In this document: in pieces, positions 19,293 to 28,424 of the stretch
Layout: the number at the start of each line of letters is the position of its first letter
Position numbering within the stretch: position 1 is the first letter of the stretch
NCBI GenBank assembly: GCA_016210855.1
Contig: JACQTJ010000021.1
Coordinates: 1-55,714 of the forward strand
Direction of reading: 5' to 3'
DNA length: 55,714 nucleotides
Origin: Acidobacteriota bacterium
GTDB lineage: Bacteria > Acidobacteriota > Terriglobia > Acidiferrales > 2-02-FULL-67-57
Made by a program: the position numbers and the translations under genes
Notes under the pieces: generated by a model
What the model saw: the letters and a program-made list of their open reading frames with translations, nothing else
Database searches by the model: none
What the model was told of the DNA's origin: nothing

Positions 19293-19604
19293 ATGGGATT
19301 GCTGGGCCTGTTTCGGCGGATTGACCGGCGCTCCTGGCACATTTGCTACGAGTGCCTGCGCAACCAGGACAACGTCGCCGAGGAGGCCATCTTCTACTAC
19401 GACGGGCCGCCAGAAGAGCATCTGGGGCGGCCGGTGGTCCGCTGCCCGCGCTGCAGCGCGGTCAACACCCGCTCCTTCCAGTTTCTGAAGGACACGGCGG
19501 AAGACGCAGCGCTCTTCGGGCTGGAGCGCATCGTCAAGAAAAACCCCCGGGAGCGCTTTGCGGTGAAGCCGCCCCCGGCGTCCGGGCCGGCCGCGCCCGC
19601 CTAG
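19293..19604 (+). CDS. Hypothetical zinc-binding protein
   Basis: CYEC...CPRC pairs; host-like codon usage. Confidence 0.7.
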   Translation: MGLLGLFRRIDRRSWHICYECLRNQDNVAEEAIFYYDGPPEEHLGRPVVRCPRCSAVNTRSFQFLKDTAEDAALFGLERIVKKNPRERFAVKPPPASGPAAPA

Positions 19605-20371
19605 CCGCGTTCTTTCTCTTCGAGCCGGCGGCGGTCATCTTCGCTCAACTCGGCCCCCTCGAGCAGGTCGGGCCGGTTCCGCTTGGTCTTGAGCAGCGCC
19701 TGCCGGCGGCGCCAACGGCGCACCTCTTCATGATTCCCGCCCACCAGCACCTCGGGGACTTTGTAGCCGCGGAAGTCGGCCGGGCGGGTGTAGTGCGGGC
19801 AGTCGAGGATGCCGCCGGCCGAGATGCGCGCCTCGGGGTGGGGGGTGAAGGATTCTTCGACCACGGAGCGCTCATCGCCGAGGGCCCGGGGCAGCAGCCG
19901 CGTCACCACATCCACCACCACCGCGGCCGCCAGCTCCCCGCCCGTCAGCACATAGTCGCCAATCGAGAGCTCTAGCGTGGCCACGTGCTCGGCCACCCGC
20001 TCGTCCACGCCTTCGTAGCGGCCGCAAAGCAGCACGATACGCTGCTGCGCGGCCAGCGCCTGCGCCACCGGCTGGGTCAGCAGCTTGCCCTGCGCCGACA
20101 GCAGGACGATGGCGGTCTGGGCGCGCTTCTCGAGCGTCTGGTCGCTCAGCAGACTTTCGACCGCGGCAAACAGCGGCTCGGGCTTGAGCACCATCCCTTC
20201 GCCGCCCCCGAAGGGCCGATCGTCCACCGTGTGGTGCTTATCGAGGGTGTAGTGGCGCAGGTCGTGAATGCGGAGGTCGATCAGCCGCTCGTCGCGGGCC
20301 CGGCGGATGATGCCGTGCTCGAACGGCCCCCGGAAAAATTCCGGAAAGATGGTGACGATGTCGTAAATCAC
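19601..20371 (-). CDS. trmD: tRNA (guanine37-N1)-methyltransferase
   Basis: [33 protein letters not shown]; GTG start overlaps msrB stop. Confidence 0.97.
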   Translation of the reverse strand: MIYDIVTIFPEFFRGPFEHGIIRRARDERLIDLRIHDLRHYTLDKHHTVDDRPFGGGEGMVLKPEPLFAAVESLLSDQTLEKRAQTAIVLLSAQGKLLTQPVAQALAAQQRIVLLCGRYEGVDERVAEHVATLELSIGDYVLTGGELAAAVVVDVVTRLLPRALGDERSVVEESFTPHPEARISAGGILDCPHYTRPADFRGYKVPEVLVGGNHEEVRRWRRRQALLKTKRNRPDLLEGAELSEDDRRRLEEKERG

Positions 20372-20775
20372 GGCTCCTCCGCCTTTGGGGCCAGCTTGAG
20401 GGCGGCGGAGTTGATGCAGTAGCGCCGGCCGGTGGGCGGCGGGCCGTCGGGGAAGACGTGGCCCAGGTGGGCGTCGCAGCCGGCGCAGAGCACCTCGGTG
20501 CGGCGCACGAAGTGGCTGCGGTCTTCCTCCGTGGCGATGTTTTCCTCCGCGATGGGTGCCCAAAAGCTGGGCCAGCCGGTGCCGGAATCGAACTTGGCCA
20601 TGGAGCTAAAGAGCGGTGCCCCACAGCAGACGCACTCGTACACCCCTTCCTCGTGGCAGTCGGCGTACTCCCCCGAGAAGGGCGGCTCGGTGCCCTGGCG
20701 CCGGGTGACCCAGTACTGCTCTGGCGTGAGTTGCCGCTTCCACTCCTCGTCGTCCTTGACCACCTTCGCCCTCAT
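20368..20775 (-). CDS. msrB: Peptide-methionine (R)-S-oxide reductase
   Basis: [33 protein letters not shown]. Confidence 0.96.
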   Translation of the reverse strand: MRAKVVKDDEEWKRQLTPEQYWVTRRQGTEPPFSGEYADCHEEGVYECVCCGAPLFSSMAKFDSGTGWPSFWAPIAEENIATEEDRSHFVRRTEVLCAGCDAHLGHVFPDGPPPTGRRYCINSAALKLAPKAEEP

Positions 20776-20825
20776 CCGCGCTCCTCTTCGGGCAAGAAAG
20801 AATCTCTGTCCTGCCGCTCTTCGCT

Positions 20826-20949
20826 TGTCATTCTGAGGCCGGAGGCCGAAGAATCTCAAACTTAGCTGGTGGCTACATTGAGATTCTTCGCTCCGCCCTG
20901 CAACTCCAGCCTGAGCCGCTCCCCGCGAAGGGCTCCGCTCAGAATGACA
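20826..20949. repeat. TGTCA-tagged palindromic repeat doublet
   Basis: TGTCATTCTGAGG...GAAGAATCTC / GAGATTCTTCG...GCTCAGAATGACA. Confidence 0.88.
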
Positions 20950-21009
20950 GGATAAAGAAAGCGTCGCTGTCCCCGACAGTGGGGCGGACATTCCTGTCGG
21001 CTGCTTTTC

Positions 21010-21537
21010 CTACTCATTCAGGTCGCGCAGGCCGTCGGGCAGCACGACTTCGATGAGCTTTTCGCCCGGGGCGATGCGCGGGCAGAATTCTTCGGCGAAA
21101 GGAATCAGGATTTCCTTTCCGCCGGCTGCCTCCACAGCCAGCAAGGGGGTGCCGCCGGTCGAGATCAGCTCCCGCACGCGGCCGAGTTCGGCGCCGCTGG
21201 AGCGCTCCACCACCCGGCAGCCTTCCAGCTCGTCCAGGTAGAAGGCCGAGTGGCCGAGTGGTGTCGCCTCCGCCCGCGGGATTTGAATCTCGAGTCCCAC
21301 CAGCGCCTTCGCTTGCGCGAGTGACTCGAAGCCTGTGAGCTCGAACACCAGGAAGTTCTTGTGCGGCCAGATGCGCTCGACCCGGACGGCCCGCGGCTCG
21401 CTCCGGCCATCCCACAGCCAGACGGCGCGGCGCTCGAGGAGCCGGTCGGGGAAATCGGTCAGGATTTCGGCCGCTACCTCGCCCCGCCGCCCCTGGGTCT
21501 TCACGATGCGGGCAACCGTCAACCACCGTGCGGGCAA
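21010..21537 (-). CDS. rimM: Ribosome maturation factor RimM
   Basis: KTQGRRGEV, TDFPDR, FYLDELEGCRV, ILIPF. Confidence 0.95.
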   Translation of the reverse strand: MPARWLTVARIVKTQGRRGEVAAEILTDFPDRLLERRAVWLWDGRSEPRAVRVERIWPHKNFLVFELTGFESLAQAKALVGLEIQIPRAEATPLGHSAFYLDELEGCRVVERSSGAELGRVRELISTGGTPLLAVEAAGGKEILIPFAEEFCPRIAPGEKLIEVVLPDGLRDLNE

Positions 21538-21543
21538 GCCGGC

Positions 21544-21774
21544 CTACTCCAGGATTTCCAGGGTGAAGCGCTTCCGGAGCTTCATCCCGGCGGCGCCCAG
21601 GATGGTGCGGATGGAGCGGGCGGTGCGCCCTTGCTTGCCGATCACCTTGCCCAGGTCGGAGGGGTCCACGCGCAGCTCCAGCACCGTTACCTGCTCGCCC
21701 TCCACCGCTCGCACCGTGACCTTTTCGGGATGATCCACCAGGGACTTGGCGATCTGCTCGACCAACTCTCGCAT
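21544..21774 (-). CDS. khpA: KH-domain RNA-binding protein
   Basis: [18 protein letters not shown]. Confidence 0.95.
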   Translation of the reverse strand: MRELVEQIAKSLVDHPEKVTVRAVEGEQVTVLELRVDPSDLGKVIGKQGRTARSIRTILGAAGMKLRKRFTLEILE

Positions 21775-21843
21775 CCGCGCCCCCTCTCTCCTGCTCCCCG
21801 AGGGGCCTATGAACCACTTGGGCTAGAACTGCTAAAGGAGATT

Positions 21844-22083
21844 CTATACCAACTTGTGGCGCCGCAAGAAGCTGCGCACCGTCTCCGAGGGTTGAGCCCC
21901 TTTGCTCAGCCAGTACTGGATGCGCCCGGCCTTCAAGTTGATCGCCGCCGGCTGCCGCAGGGGGTCGTAGTGGCCCACCACTTCCACGTAGCTGCTGTTC
22001 CGCGCCTTGCGTTGGTCAATCACCACCACCCGATAGGCGGGCTGCTTCTTCTTCCCCACACGGCTCAGGCGGATTCTCAGCAA
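21844..22083 (-). CDS. rpsP: 30S ribosomal protein S16
   Basis: RIRLSRVGKKKQPAYRVVV, WLSKGAQPSETV; TTG start after GGAGGT. Confidence 0.97.
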   Translation of the reverse strand: MLRIRLSRVGKKKQPAYRVVVIDQRKARNSSYVEVVGHYDPLRQPAAINLKAGRIQYWLSKGAQPSETVRSFLRRHKLV

Positions 22084-22153
22084 GTTCGTCACCTCCAAAA
22101 GATTCAACCATTATACCTGCTCCGTCTGCTGCCGGAAAGGGGTCAGCCGCGGC

Positions 22154-23137
22154 CTACTTCAGGTAGCCGTGCTTCCTGTACCAGCGGTAGGTTTTCTCGA
22201 GCGAGGCTCGGAGCGGGGTCTGCGGGTAGCCAAGCTCGCGGATGGCCTTCTCGGAAGTGTAGGTGCGAGCGAAGCGCCCCATCCGCAGCAGCTCCGGGGT
22301 CAGCGCCGGCTCCCGGCGGGTGAGGAGCGAGAGCCCGTAGTTGGCGTAGGCCACCGCCTGCGCCAGCCAGTAGGGGATGACCTTCACCTCGACCTTCTTG
22401 CTCATCACCTCGCCCACCGCGCGGAACAAATCGGCGTAGCGGATGTGCTCGCCGCCCAGGATATAGCGCTGGCCGCTGCGGCCGCGCTCCATGGCGGCGA
22501 GGTGGCCCTGGCAGACGTCGTCCACGTCGCAGGTGGTGGTCGAGCCGGCGGGACTAAAGACGGTGGCTTTCTCCTGTACCAGCTTGAACATCCGCCCGGC
22601 GTTCCAACTTGTGTCCCGCGGGCCGAATATCAGGGCCGGGTTCACCACCACCACCTCGAGCCCCCGCGCCGCGGCCTTCAGGGCCTCCTGCTCGCCCAGA
22701 TGCTTGGTGGTGGCGTAGTGGATGTCCTGCGGTCCCCAGTTCCAAGAGGTCTCTTCATCGCAGGGCTTGCCGTCAGTGCGAAAACCGATGGCGGCGATAG
22801 AGCTGGTGTGCACGACGCGGCGGACGCCGTTCGAGAGCGCCGCCTCGACCACGTTGTGCGCCCCTACGACGTTGACGCGATACTGCCACGCCCGCCGCGG
22901 CGGCCAGTAGCTCACCAGCCCCGCCAGGTGGTAGATGCCTTCGACCCCGCGGCTCGCCCCGAGCAGCGAGTCGAAGTCGGTGACGTCGCCTTCGGTGAAT
23001 TCGACCGGCAGACCGGTGAGGATGTCGGGGGGCGTCCGCCGACGCTTCAGCACCCGCACCGTGTCGCCGCGGCCGACCAGGTGGTGGACGAGGTTCGCCC
23101 CCAGGAACCCCGTGCCACCGGTGACCAGAACCTTCAT
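22154..23137 (-). CDS. NAD-dependent epimerase/dehydratase (extended SDR, HpnA-like)
   Basis: VLVTGGTGFLG, HTSS, YATTK, GQRYILGG. Confidence 0.92.
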   Translation of the reverse strand: MKVLVTGGTGFLGANLVHHLVGRGDTVRVLKRRRTPPDILTGLPVEFTEGDVTDFDSLLGASRGVEGIYHLAGLVSYWPPRRAWQYRVNVVGAHNVVEAALSNGVRRVVHTSSIAAIGFRTDGKPCDEETSWNWGPQDIHYATTKHLGEQEALKAAARGLEVVVVNPALIFGPRDTSWNAGRMFKLVQEKATVFSPAGSTTTCDVDDVCQGHLAAMERGRSGQRYILGGEHIRYADLFRAVGEVMSKKVEVKVIPYWLAQAVAYANYGLSLLTRREPALTPELLRMGRFARTYTSEKAIRELGYPQTPLRASLEKTYRWYRKHGYLK

Positions 23138-23180
23138 GGAGGCCAACGCCTCCCACTGCAAGCTCGCGCCTCAAGCAGTT

Positions 23181-23266
23181 TGTCATCCTGAGCGAAGCGA
23201 AGGATCTCAATCTTGCCAGTAGCTACGATTGAGATTCTTCGTCGCCGTGGGCTCCTCAGAATGACA
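23181..23266. repeat. TGTCA-tagged palindromic repeat doublet
   Basis: TGTCATCCTGAGCGAAGCGAAGGATCTC / GAGATTCTTCG...CCTCAGAATGACA. Confidence 0.9.
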
Positions 23267-23277
23267 GTGTAAGTATG

Positions 23278-24624
23278 TTACATGGGCAGTTTCGTCCGGC
23301 CCCCGAAGCGCGCCGCCAGCTTCCGCAGAGCGTCGCCCTGGCCGCCCTTCATAGCCTTCATCATCCGGCGCATCTCGGCGAACTGGCGCAGGAGCTGGTT
23401 GACTTCCTGGACGGTGGTGCCGCTGCCGCGGGCGATGCGCTTGCGGCGCCGGCCGTCGAGAATGTCTGGGCGGCGGCGCTCCTTCGGGGTCATCGAATTG
23501 ATGATGGCCTCGAGCTGCACCAGCCGCCCCTCGTTCACCGGCTGCCCGCGCACCTCGGGGGCGACACCCGGAATCATCTCGAGCACCTGCTCGAGCGGGC
23601 CCATTTTCTTGAGCTGGCGCAGCTGGTCGCGGAAGTCTTCGAGGGTGAACTCGGCCCGGCGCAGCTTTTCTTCGAGCTCTTCGGCCTGGGCGCGGTCAAC
23701 GGTTTCTTCCGCCTTCTCGATGAGCGAGAGCACGTCGCCCATCCCCAGGATGCGGCTGACGATGCGGTCGGGGTGGAAAGGCTCGAGGGCGTCGTACTTT
23801 TCTCCCGTGCCGATGAACTTGATGGGCCGGCCAGTCACCCAACGGATCGAAAGCGCCGCGCCCCCGCGGGCGTCGCCGTCCATCTTGGTGAGGATGACCC
23901 CCGTCAGGCCCAGCCGCTCGTGGAAGGTGCCGGCGCTCTTGACGGCGTCCTGGCCGGTCATGGCGTCGGCGACGAACAGGGTTTCGACCGGCTGAAAAGC
24001 CTTTTTCATGGCCTCGAGCTCGCCCATCAGCTCGTCGTCAATGTGCAGCCGGCCCTGCGTGTCCACCAGCACCACGTCGTAGGCCAAAAGCTCGGCCTCC
24101 CGGCGGGCGGCCTTGAGCAGCTCCAGCGGATCGTCCGAGGCTTTTTCCACCACCGGCAGGCCGACAGCGCGGGCAATCTGGGCGAGCTGCTCGCGAGCCG
24201 CCGGGCGGCGCACATCGGTCGAGACCCCCACCGGACGGTGCCCGCTCTTGGCGAGCCACTTGCCGAGCTTGCCCGTCGTCGTGGTCTTGCCCGAGCCTTG
24301 CAGCCCGGTGAGGAAGATGAGGGTCGGCGGCTTCTTCGAGAATTGAAGCGGCGCCACGCGCCCGCCGAGCAGCCCTACCAGCTCGTCACGGACAATCTTG
24401 AGCACCTGCTGGTCGGGGGAGAGCGAGAGCAGCACCTCCTGCCCCAGGGCCCGGCCGCGGATGTTCTCGGTCAGTTGCTGGACGACCTTGAAGTGGACAT
24501 CGCCTTCGAGCAGCGCCAGGCGGATTTGGCTTAGGGCCTGGTTGACGTGCTCCTCGGAGAGCTTGCCCTCGCCCCGTAGGCTCTTGAAGGTCCGTTGCAG
24601 CTTTTCGGTCAGGGCTTCGAACAT
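23278..24624 (-). CDS. ffh: Signal recognition particle protein
   Basis: GLQGSGKTTT, DTQGR, TKMDGDARGG, INSMTPKER. Confidence 0.98.
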   Translation of the reverse strand: MFEALTEKLQRTFKSLRGEGKLSEEHVNQALSQIRLALLEGDVHFKVVQQLTENIRGRALGQEVLLSLSPDQQVLKIVRDELVGLLGGRVAPLQFSKKPPTLIFLTGLQGSGKTTTTGKLGKWLAKSGHRPVGVSTDVRRPAAREQLAQIARAVGLPVVEKASDDPLELLKAARREAELLAYDVVLVDTQGRLHIDDELMGELEAMKKAFQPVETLFVADAMTGQDAVKSAGTFHERLGLTGVILTKMDGDARGGAALSIRWVTGRPIKFIGTGEKYDALEPFHPDRIVSRILGMGDVLSLIEKAEETVDRAQAEELEEKLRRAEFTLEDFRDQLRQLKKMGPLEQVLEMIPGVAPEVRGQPVNEGRLVQLEAIINSMTPKERRRPDILDGRRRKRIARGSGTTVQEVNQLLRQFAEMRRMMKAMKGGQGDALRKLAARFGGRTKLPM

Positions 24625-24630
24625 CGGATT

Positions 24631-25428
24631 CTATCTGCGGTTTTCGTCCAGGGCGAGGCGTTGGATGGAGCGGGCGCGGCCGGTGGTTTCGTCAATGTCG
24701 AGCACGGTCCCGCACAGCCGCACGTCGCCCTTGGCGACGTCGAGGCGGGCAGGGAGGCCGGTCAAGAAGCGGCGCAGGACGTCTTCTTTGGCGTTCCCGA
24801 TCACCGACTCGTATGGCCCGGTCATCCCCACGTCGGTGATGTAGGCCGTTCCGCCGGGCAGAATCTTCTCGTCGGCGGTGGGCACGTGGGTGTGCGTGCC
24901 CAAGACGGCGGAGACCCGCCCATCGAGATGCCAGCCTAGGGCCTGCTTCTCGGAGGTAGTCTCGGCGTGGGCGTCCACCAGAATGACCTTGATTCGGGCG
25001 GGAAGCCCTTCGAGCAGCCGGTCCACAGTGCGAAAGGGGCAGTCAATCGAAGGCATGAAGACGCGGCCCTGGATGTTCATCACCGCGTAGGGCGTGCCCC
25101 GGCGGGTCTGGCCCGAGTAGAGGCCGGTGCCGGGGGCCGGGGCGGGGTAGTTCGCCGGGCGAAGCAGGCGGCCGTCGCCTGCGCCCTGCTCGAAGAAGGG
25201 CAGGATCTCCTTACGGTCGAAGATGTGGTTGCCGCTGGTGAGGACATCGATGCCAACTTCGAGCAGCTCTTCGACCAGCGCCGGGGTGATGCCAAAGCCG
25301 GCGGCGGCGTTTTCGCAGTTGGCCACCACCAGCTCGGCCCCGTGCTCCTCCGCTAGCTCGCGCACGGACTCGGCCACGATGCGCCGGCCGGGGCTGCCCA
25401 CAATGTCGCCGATGAAAAGGGCTTTCAT
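24631..25428 (-). CDS. ymdB: YmdB-like metallophosphoesterase
   Basis: FIGDIVG, ENAAAGFG, TSGNH, HAETTSEK, GTHTHV, TDVGMTG. Confidence 0.93.
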   Translation of the reverse strand: MKALFIGDIVGSPGRRIVAESVRELAEEHGAELVVANCENAAAGFGITPALVEELLEVGIDVLTSGNHIFDRKEILPFFEQGAGDGRLLRPANYPAPAPGTGLYSGQTRRGTPYAVMNIQGRVFMPSIDCPFRTVDRLLEGLPARIKVILVDAHAETTSEKQALGWHLDGRVSAVLGTHTHVPTADEKILPGGTAYITDVGMTGPYESVIGNAKEDVLRRFLTGLPARLDVAKGDVRLCGTVLDIDETTGRARSIQRLALDENRR

Positions 25429-25496
25429 CAGGAAAGAGCGAGTGTAGCAGAGGTGCCGGGGGCTGGATAGCGGGCCGGTAGGTGGGCCCACAAAAA

Positions 25497-25682
25497 AGAA
25501 CTACGTCCGCCGGCACCGTGGGGCACTCGATATGCCTGAACCCTAGGTCCAGGTGGGTGTTCTGCGCTCGCCTTCAGGCTTCCCTTGCGGGCATGCGCAC
25601 CAGCGAGCGACTTGAACTCCCCTTCTCCGAGTGTTGGCTCAGTTTATCCTTGTGCCCTCACCTGCGTCGCAGGCGTAGTCCA
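25497..25682 (-). ncRNA. ssrS: 6S RNA
   Basis: About 185 nt between zapA and ymdB (typical synteny); terminal stem GACTACG/CGTAGTT, upstream TAGAAT at 25689-25694, downstream T-run; boundaries approximate. Confidence 0.8.
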
Positions 25683-25780
25683 ATAGGGATTCTAGTCCTC
25701 CGACGGACGTGCAGGTCAAGCGAAAATTTAGCGAGAAAAGAGGGCAGGAATCCTACCGCCGGGTTTGGCACGCGGATTGC

Positions 25781-26077
25781 CTAGCCGCGGCTTAGGGCGG
25801 ACTCGAGCATGCGGTGGCAAGCTTGGAGGCGGGCAGCGAGCTGGGGCAGCGAGTCCGGTTCTGGTGCGGGCTTCTCTTTGAGTTGTAGGAGCTCGTCGGC
25901 GAGGTTGAGTGCGGCAAGCACGGCCAGCCGGCGGGTGTCGAGACTGTCCGTCTGCCGGGCCAGGGCGCGCATCTTGGCGTCCACGGTGCGGGCCAGCTGC
26001 TCGAGGTAGGCGGGGTCGAGCTCGCCGGCGACGCTGTAGGTCTGCCCGTAAATCTCGAGGGGGATTTCTTTCTTCAT
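25781..26077 (-). CDS. zapA: Cell division protein ZapA
   Basis: EIYGQTY, VDAKM, RLAVLAALNLADEL. Confidence 0.92.
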   Translation of the reverse strand: MKKEIPLEIYGQTYSVAGELDPAYLEQLARTVDAKMRALARQTDSLDTRRLAVLAALNLADELLQLKEKPAPEPDSLPQLAARLQACHRMLESALSRG

Positions 26078-26087
26078 GGTTGCTCCT

Positions 26088-26369
26088 TTACCCTGAGTTC
26101 GTCGAAGGGTCAGTCAGGGAATCAATGCGGGCCACGAGCTGCTCGATGCGGTTGCGCACCTGCTCGCGCTCGGTCTGGACGTCCATGAGCTGGGCCTCCA
26201 GCCGCCGCAGGGTCGCGCCGCGCTCCTTGAGTGCGGTGCGGAGCTTTTCGACTTCGGCCTGGGCGGCGTCGCGCTGAGCGCGCAGTGCTTTGAGTTCCTC
26301 GGCCGCTCGCCGCACCGTTTCTTCCAGTTGCTCGAGCCGCTGGAGGGCGTCGCGAGTGGGTTCATCCAT
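26088..26369 (-). CDS. zapB: ZapB-like coiled-coil protein
   Basis: All-coiled-coil 93 aa between pheT and zapA; EREQVRNRIEQL. Confidence 0.7.
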   Translation of the reverse strand: MDEPTRDALQRLEQLEETVRRAAEELKALRAQRDAAQAEVEKLRTALKERGATLRRLEAQLMDVQTEREQVRNRIEQLVARIDSLTDPSTNSG

Positions 26370-26377
26370 CGCCGTGC

Positions 26378-28423
26378 TTAGGCGCGCAAGGTGGCGCCGA
26401 GCTCCTTCTCGAGCGCCCGCACGATGCGCTCCGAGAGGGAGCGAATCTGCTCGTCGGTCAGCGTCTGCTCGGGGCTCTGGAGCGTTACTCGGACCAGCAG
26501 GCTGTAGCGACCGGTCGGGATCGAGCCGCCGCGGAAGCGGTCCACCGCCTCCACTGCGACCAGCTCGGGGATCTTCAGCTTTTCGATGACGCCGCGCACT
26601 GCCGCGAAGCTGGTCCGTTCATCGAGCAGCAGGGAGAAGTCGCGCCCGACCGCCGGATAGCGGGAGATGGCCTGGTAGCGGCGCGCCCGCAGCCCGGCGG
26701 CGTAGAGGGCTTCCAGGTCGAGCTCGGCGAGAAAGGCCTCCTGGCGCAGCTTGAAGTGGGCGGCGAGCCCCGGGCTCAACTGCCCGAGCAGTCCGAACTG
26801 CTTCGCGCCCGCCTGGAGCGCAGCCCGCTGCCCGGGATGAAAGTAGGCGGCGTCGCACGGCCGGAACTCGACCCTGTCCAACCGGAAAGCTTCGAGCACT
26901 GCTTCCAGCGCCCCCTTCAGGGCGAAGAAGTCGAAGGGCTGCTCGGCCGCGTGGACACCCTTCTCGCGCAACAGCCCCGTGCCCCCCAGGGTCAGCACCC
27001 GCCGCTCGCGGAACTGGCCGCTGGGCACCGTGTAGGCTTTGCCGATCTCATAGAGGCGCACGTGCCGCTGGCCACGGTTCACGTTCCAGGCCAGCGCCTC
27101 GACCAGGCTCGGCAGGCCCGAGGGACGCAGGATGGAGAGTTCTTCCGAGAGCGGGTTGCGCAGCCGGGCCAGCTCCTCACCCGGGGCGAGAAACTTTTGA
27201 GCGTCGACGGGATCGACTAGGGAAAAGCTGACCGCCTCGTCGAACCCCTGGGCCTCGAGCCTCTCCCGCACAGCCGCCTCTGCTCGAGCGTGCGGCAGCG
27301 ACTCCACCGGCCGGCGCGCGGCTGGCAGGCGCGAGGGAAACTTGTCGTAGCCGTAGAGGCGGGCCAGCTCTTCGATCAAATCGATTTCCCGGCTGACGTC
27401 GCGCCGCCAGGACGGCGCCCTCGCCTGCCAGGCATCCTTGCCGGCGCGGGTGATGGCAAAGCCCAGGGCAGTCAGGATGCGTTCGATTTCAGGGGCGGGC
27501 AGGGCCTCGCCCAGGACGCGCACGATTTCGCTCTGGCGGAGGTGGATTTCGGCGGCTTTCCACGGGCGCGGGTAAACGTCCAAGGCGCCGGCAAGCAGCT
27601 CTCCGCCGGCCAGTTCCAGGAACAGCTCCGCGCAGCGCTGCGCCGCCCGGAGCGGCGCCTCCGGGTCCATCCCGCGCTCGAAGCGGTAGCTGGCTTCCGT
27701 GCGCAGGCCGAGCTCCTTGGCGGCCCGGCGGGTGGCGATGGGATCGAACCAGGCGGATTCGAGCAGCACGTTCTTCGTCCGCAAGCTGATTTCGGTGTCG
27801 GCGCCGCCCATGATGCCGGCCAGGGCCACCGGGCGGCGGGCGTCGGCGATCACCAGGTGATGCGGCTTGAGTTCGCGTGCCACCCCGTCGAGCGTGGTGA
27901 GTTTTTCGCCCGCTTTGGCCCGGCGCACGATGAGGGCTTTGTCCGTCAGGGTGTCGAGGTCGAAGGCGTGAGTGGGGTGGCCGAGCTCGAGCAGCACGTA
28001 GTTGGTGACGTCGACGATGTTATTGATGGAGGCGATGCCGCAGGCCTCCAGGCGCTTCCGCAGCCAATCGGGTGAGGGCTGCACCCTGAGGTTGCGCACC
28101 ACCAGGGCCACGTAGCGGTGGCAGAGGTCCGGGTCGGCGATTTCAACCCGGGCGGCGCGGCTCGCCGGCTCGGCAGCTTCCGCCGGCTTCGGGGTGACGG
28201 GCTTGAGCGGCTGGGCGTAGAGGGCGCTGACGTCCCGCGCCACCCCGTAGTGGCTGAGCAGGTCCGGCCGGTTGGTGGTGATTTCGAGCTCCCACAACGG
28301 CCCCCCCGGAGTCTCGCTCGTTCCCTCGATCCCCAAGCCAGCCAGGGTCAGGTCCTGGGCGAGCTTCGCCGGCGCCACCGCGACGCTCACGTACTCTTTC
28401 AGCCACTCGAGCAGGATCTTCAT
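26378..28423 (-). CDS. pheT: Phenylalanine-tRNA ligase beta subunit (681 aa, lacks B2 OB-fold)
   Basis: MKILLEWLKEYV, TTNRPDL, YRFERG, DLIEELAR, C-terminal FDX-ACB. Confidence 0.97.
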   Translation of the reverse strand: MKILLEWLKEYVSVAVAPAKLAQDLTLAGLGIEGTSETPGGPLWELEITTNRPDLLSHYGVARDVSALYAQPLKPVTPKPAEAAEPASRAARVEIADPDLCHRYVALVVRNLRVQPSPDWLRKRLEACGIASINNIVDVTNYVLLELGHPTHAFDLDTLTDKALIVRRAKAGEKLTTLDGVARELKPHHLVIADARRPVALAGIMGGADTEISLRTKNVLLESAWFDPIATRRAAKELGLRTEASYRFERGMDPEAPLRAAQRCAELFLELAGGELLAGALDVYPRPWKAAEIHLRQSEIVRVLGEALPAPEIERILTALGFAITRAGKDAWQARAPSWRRDVSREIDLIEELARLYGYDKFPSRLPAARRPVESLPHARAEAAVRERLEAQGFDEAVSFSLVDPVDAQKFLAPGEELARLRNPLSEELSILRPSGLPSLVEALAWNVNRGQRHVRLYEIGKAYTVPSGQFRERRVLTLGGTGLLREKGVHAAEQPFDFFALKGALEAVLEAFRLDRVEFRPCDAAYFHPGQRAALQAGAKQFGLLGQLSPGLAAHFKLRQEAFLAELDLEALYAAGLRARRYQAISRYPAVGRDFSLLLDERTSFAAVRGVIEKLKIPELVAVEAVDRFRGGSIPTGRYSLLVRVTLQSPEQTLTDEQIRSLSERIVRALEKELGATLRA

Positions 28424-28424
28424 T

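Noticed and set aside
20368-20775. MsrB as a second selenoprotein
   Set aside because: Catalytic motif is RYCINS with a Cys codon and there is no in-frame TGA.
20776-20991. N-terminal extension of MsrB containing CHSERS
   Set aside because: Translation of the intergenic repeat; MsrB homology begins at 20775 after a GAGGAG SD.
26378-28423. Short PheT as a pseudogene
   Set aside because: Intact frame with all other domains; natural forms lacking the B2 domain are known.
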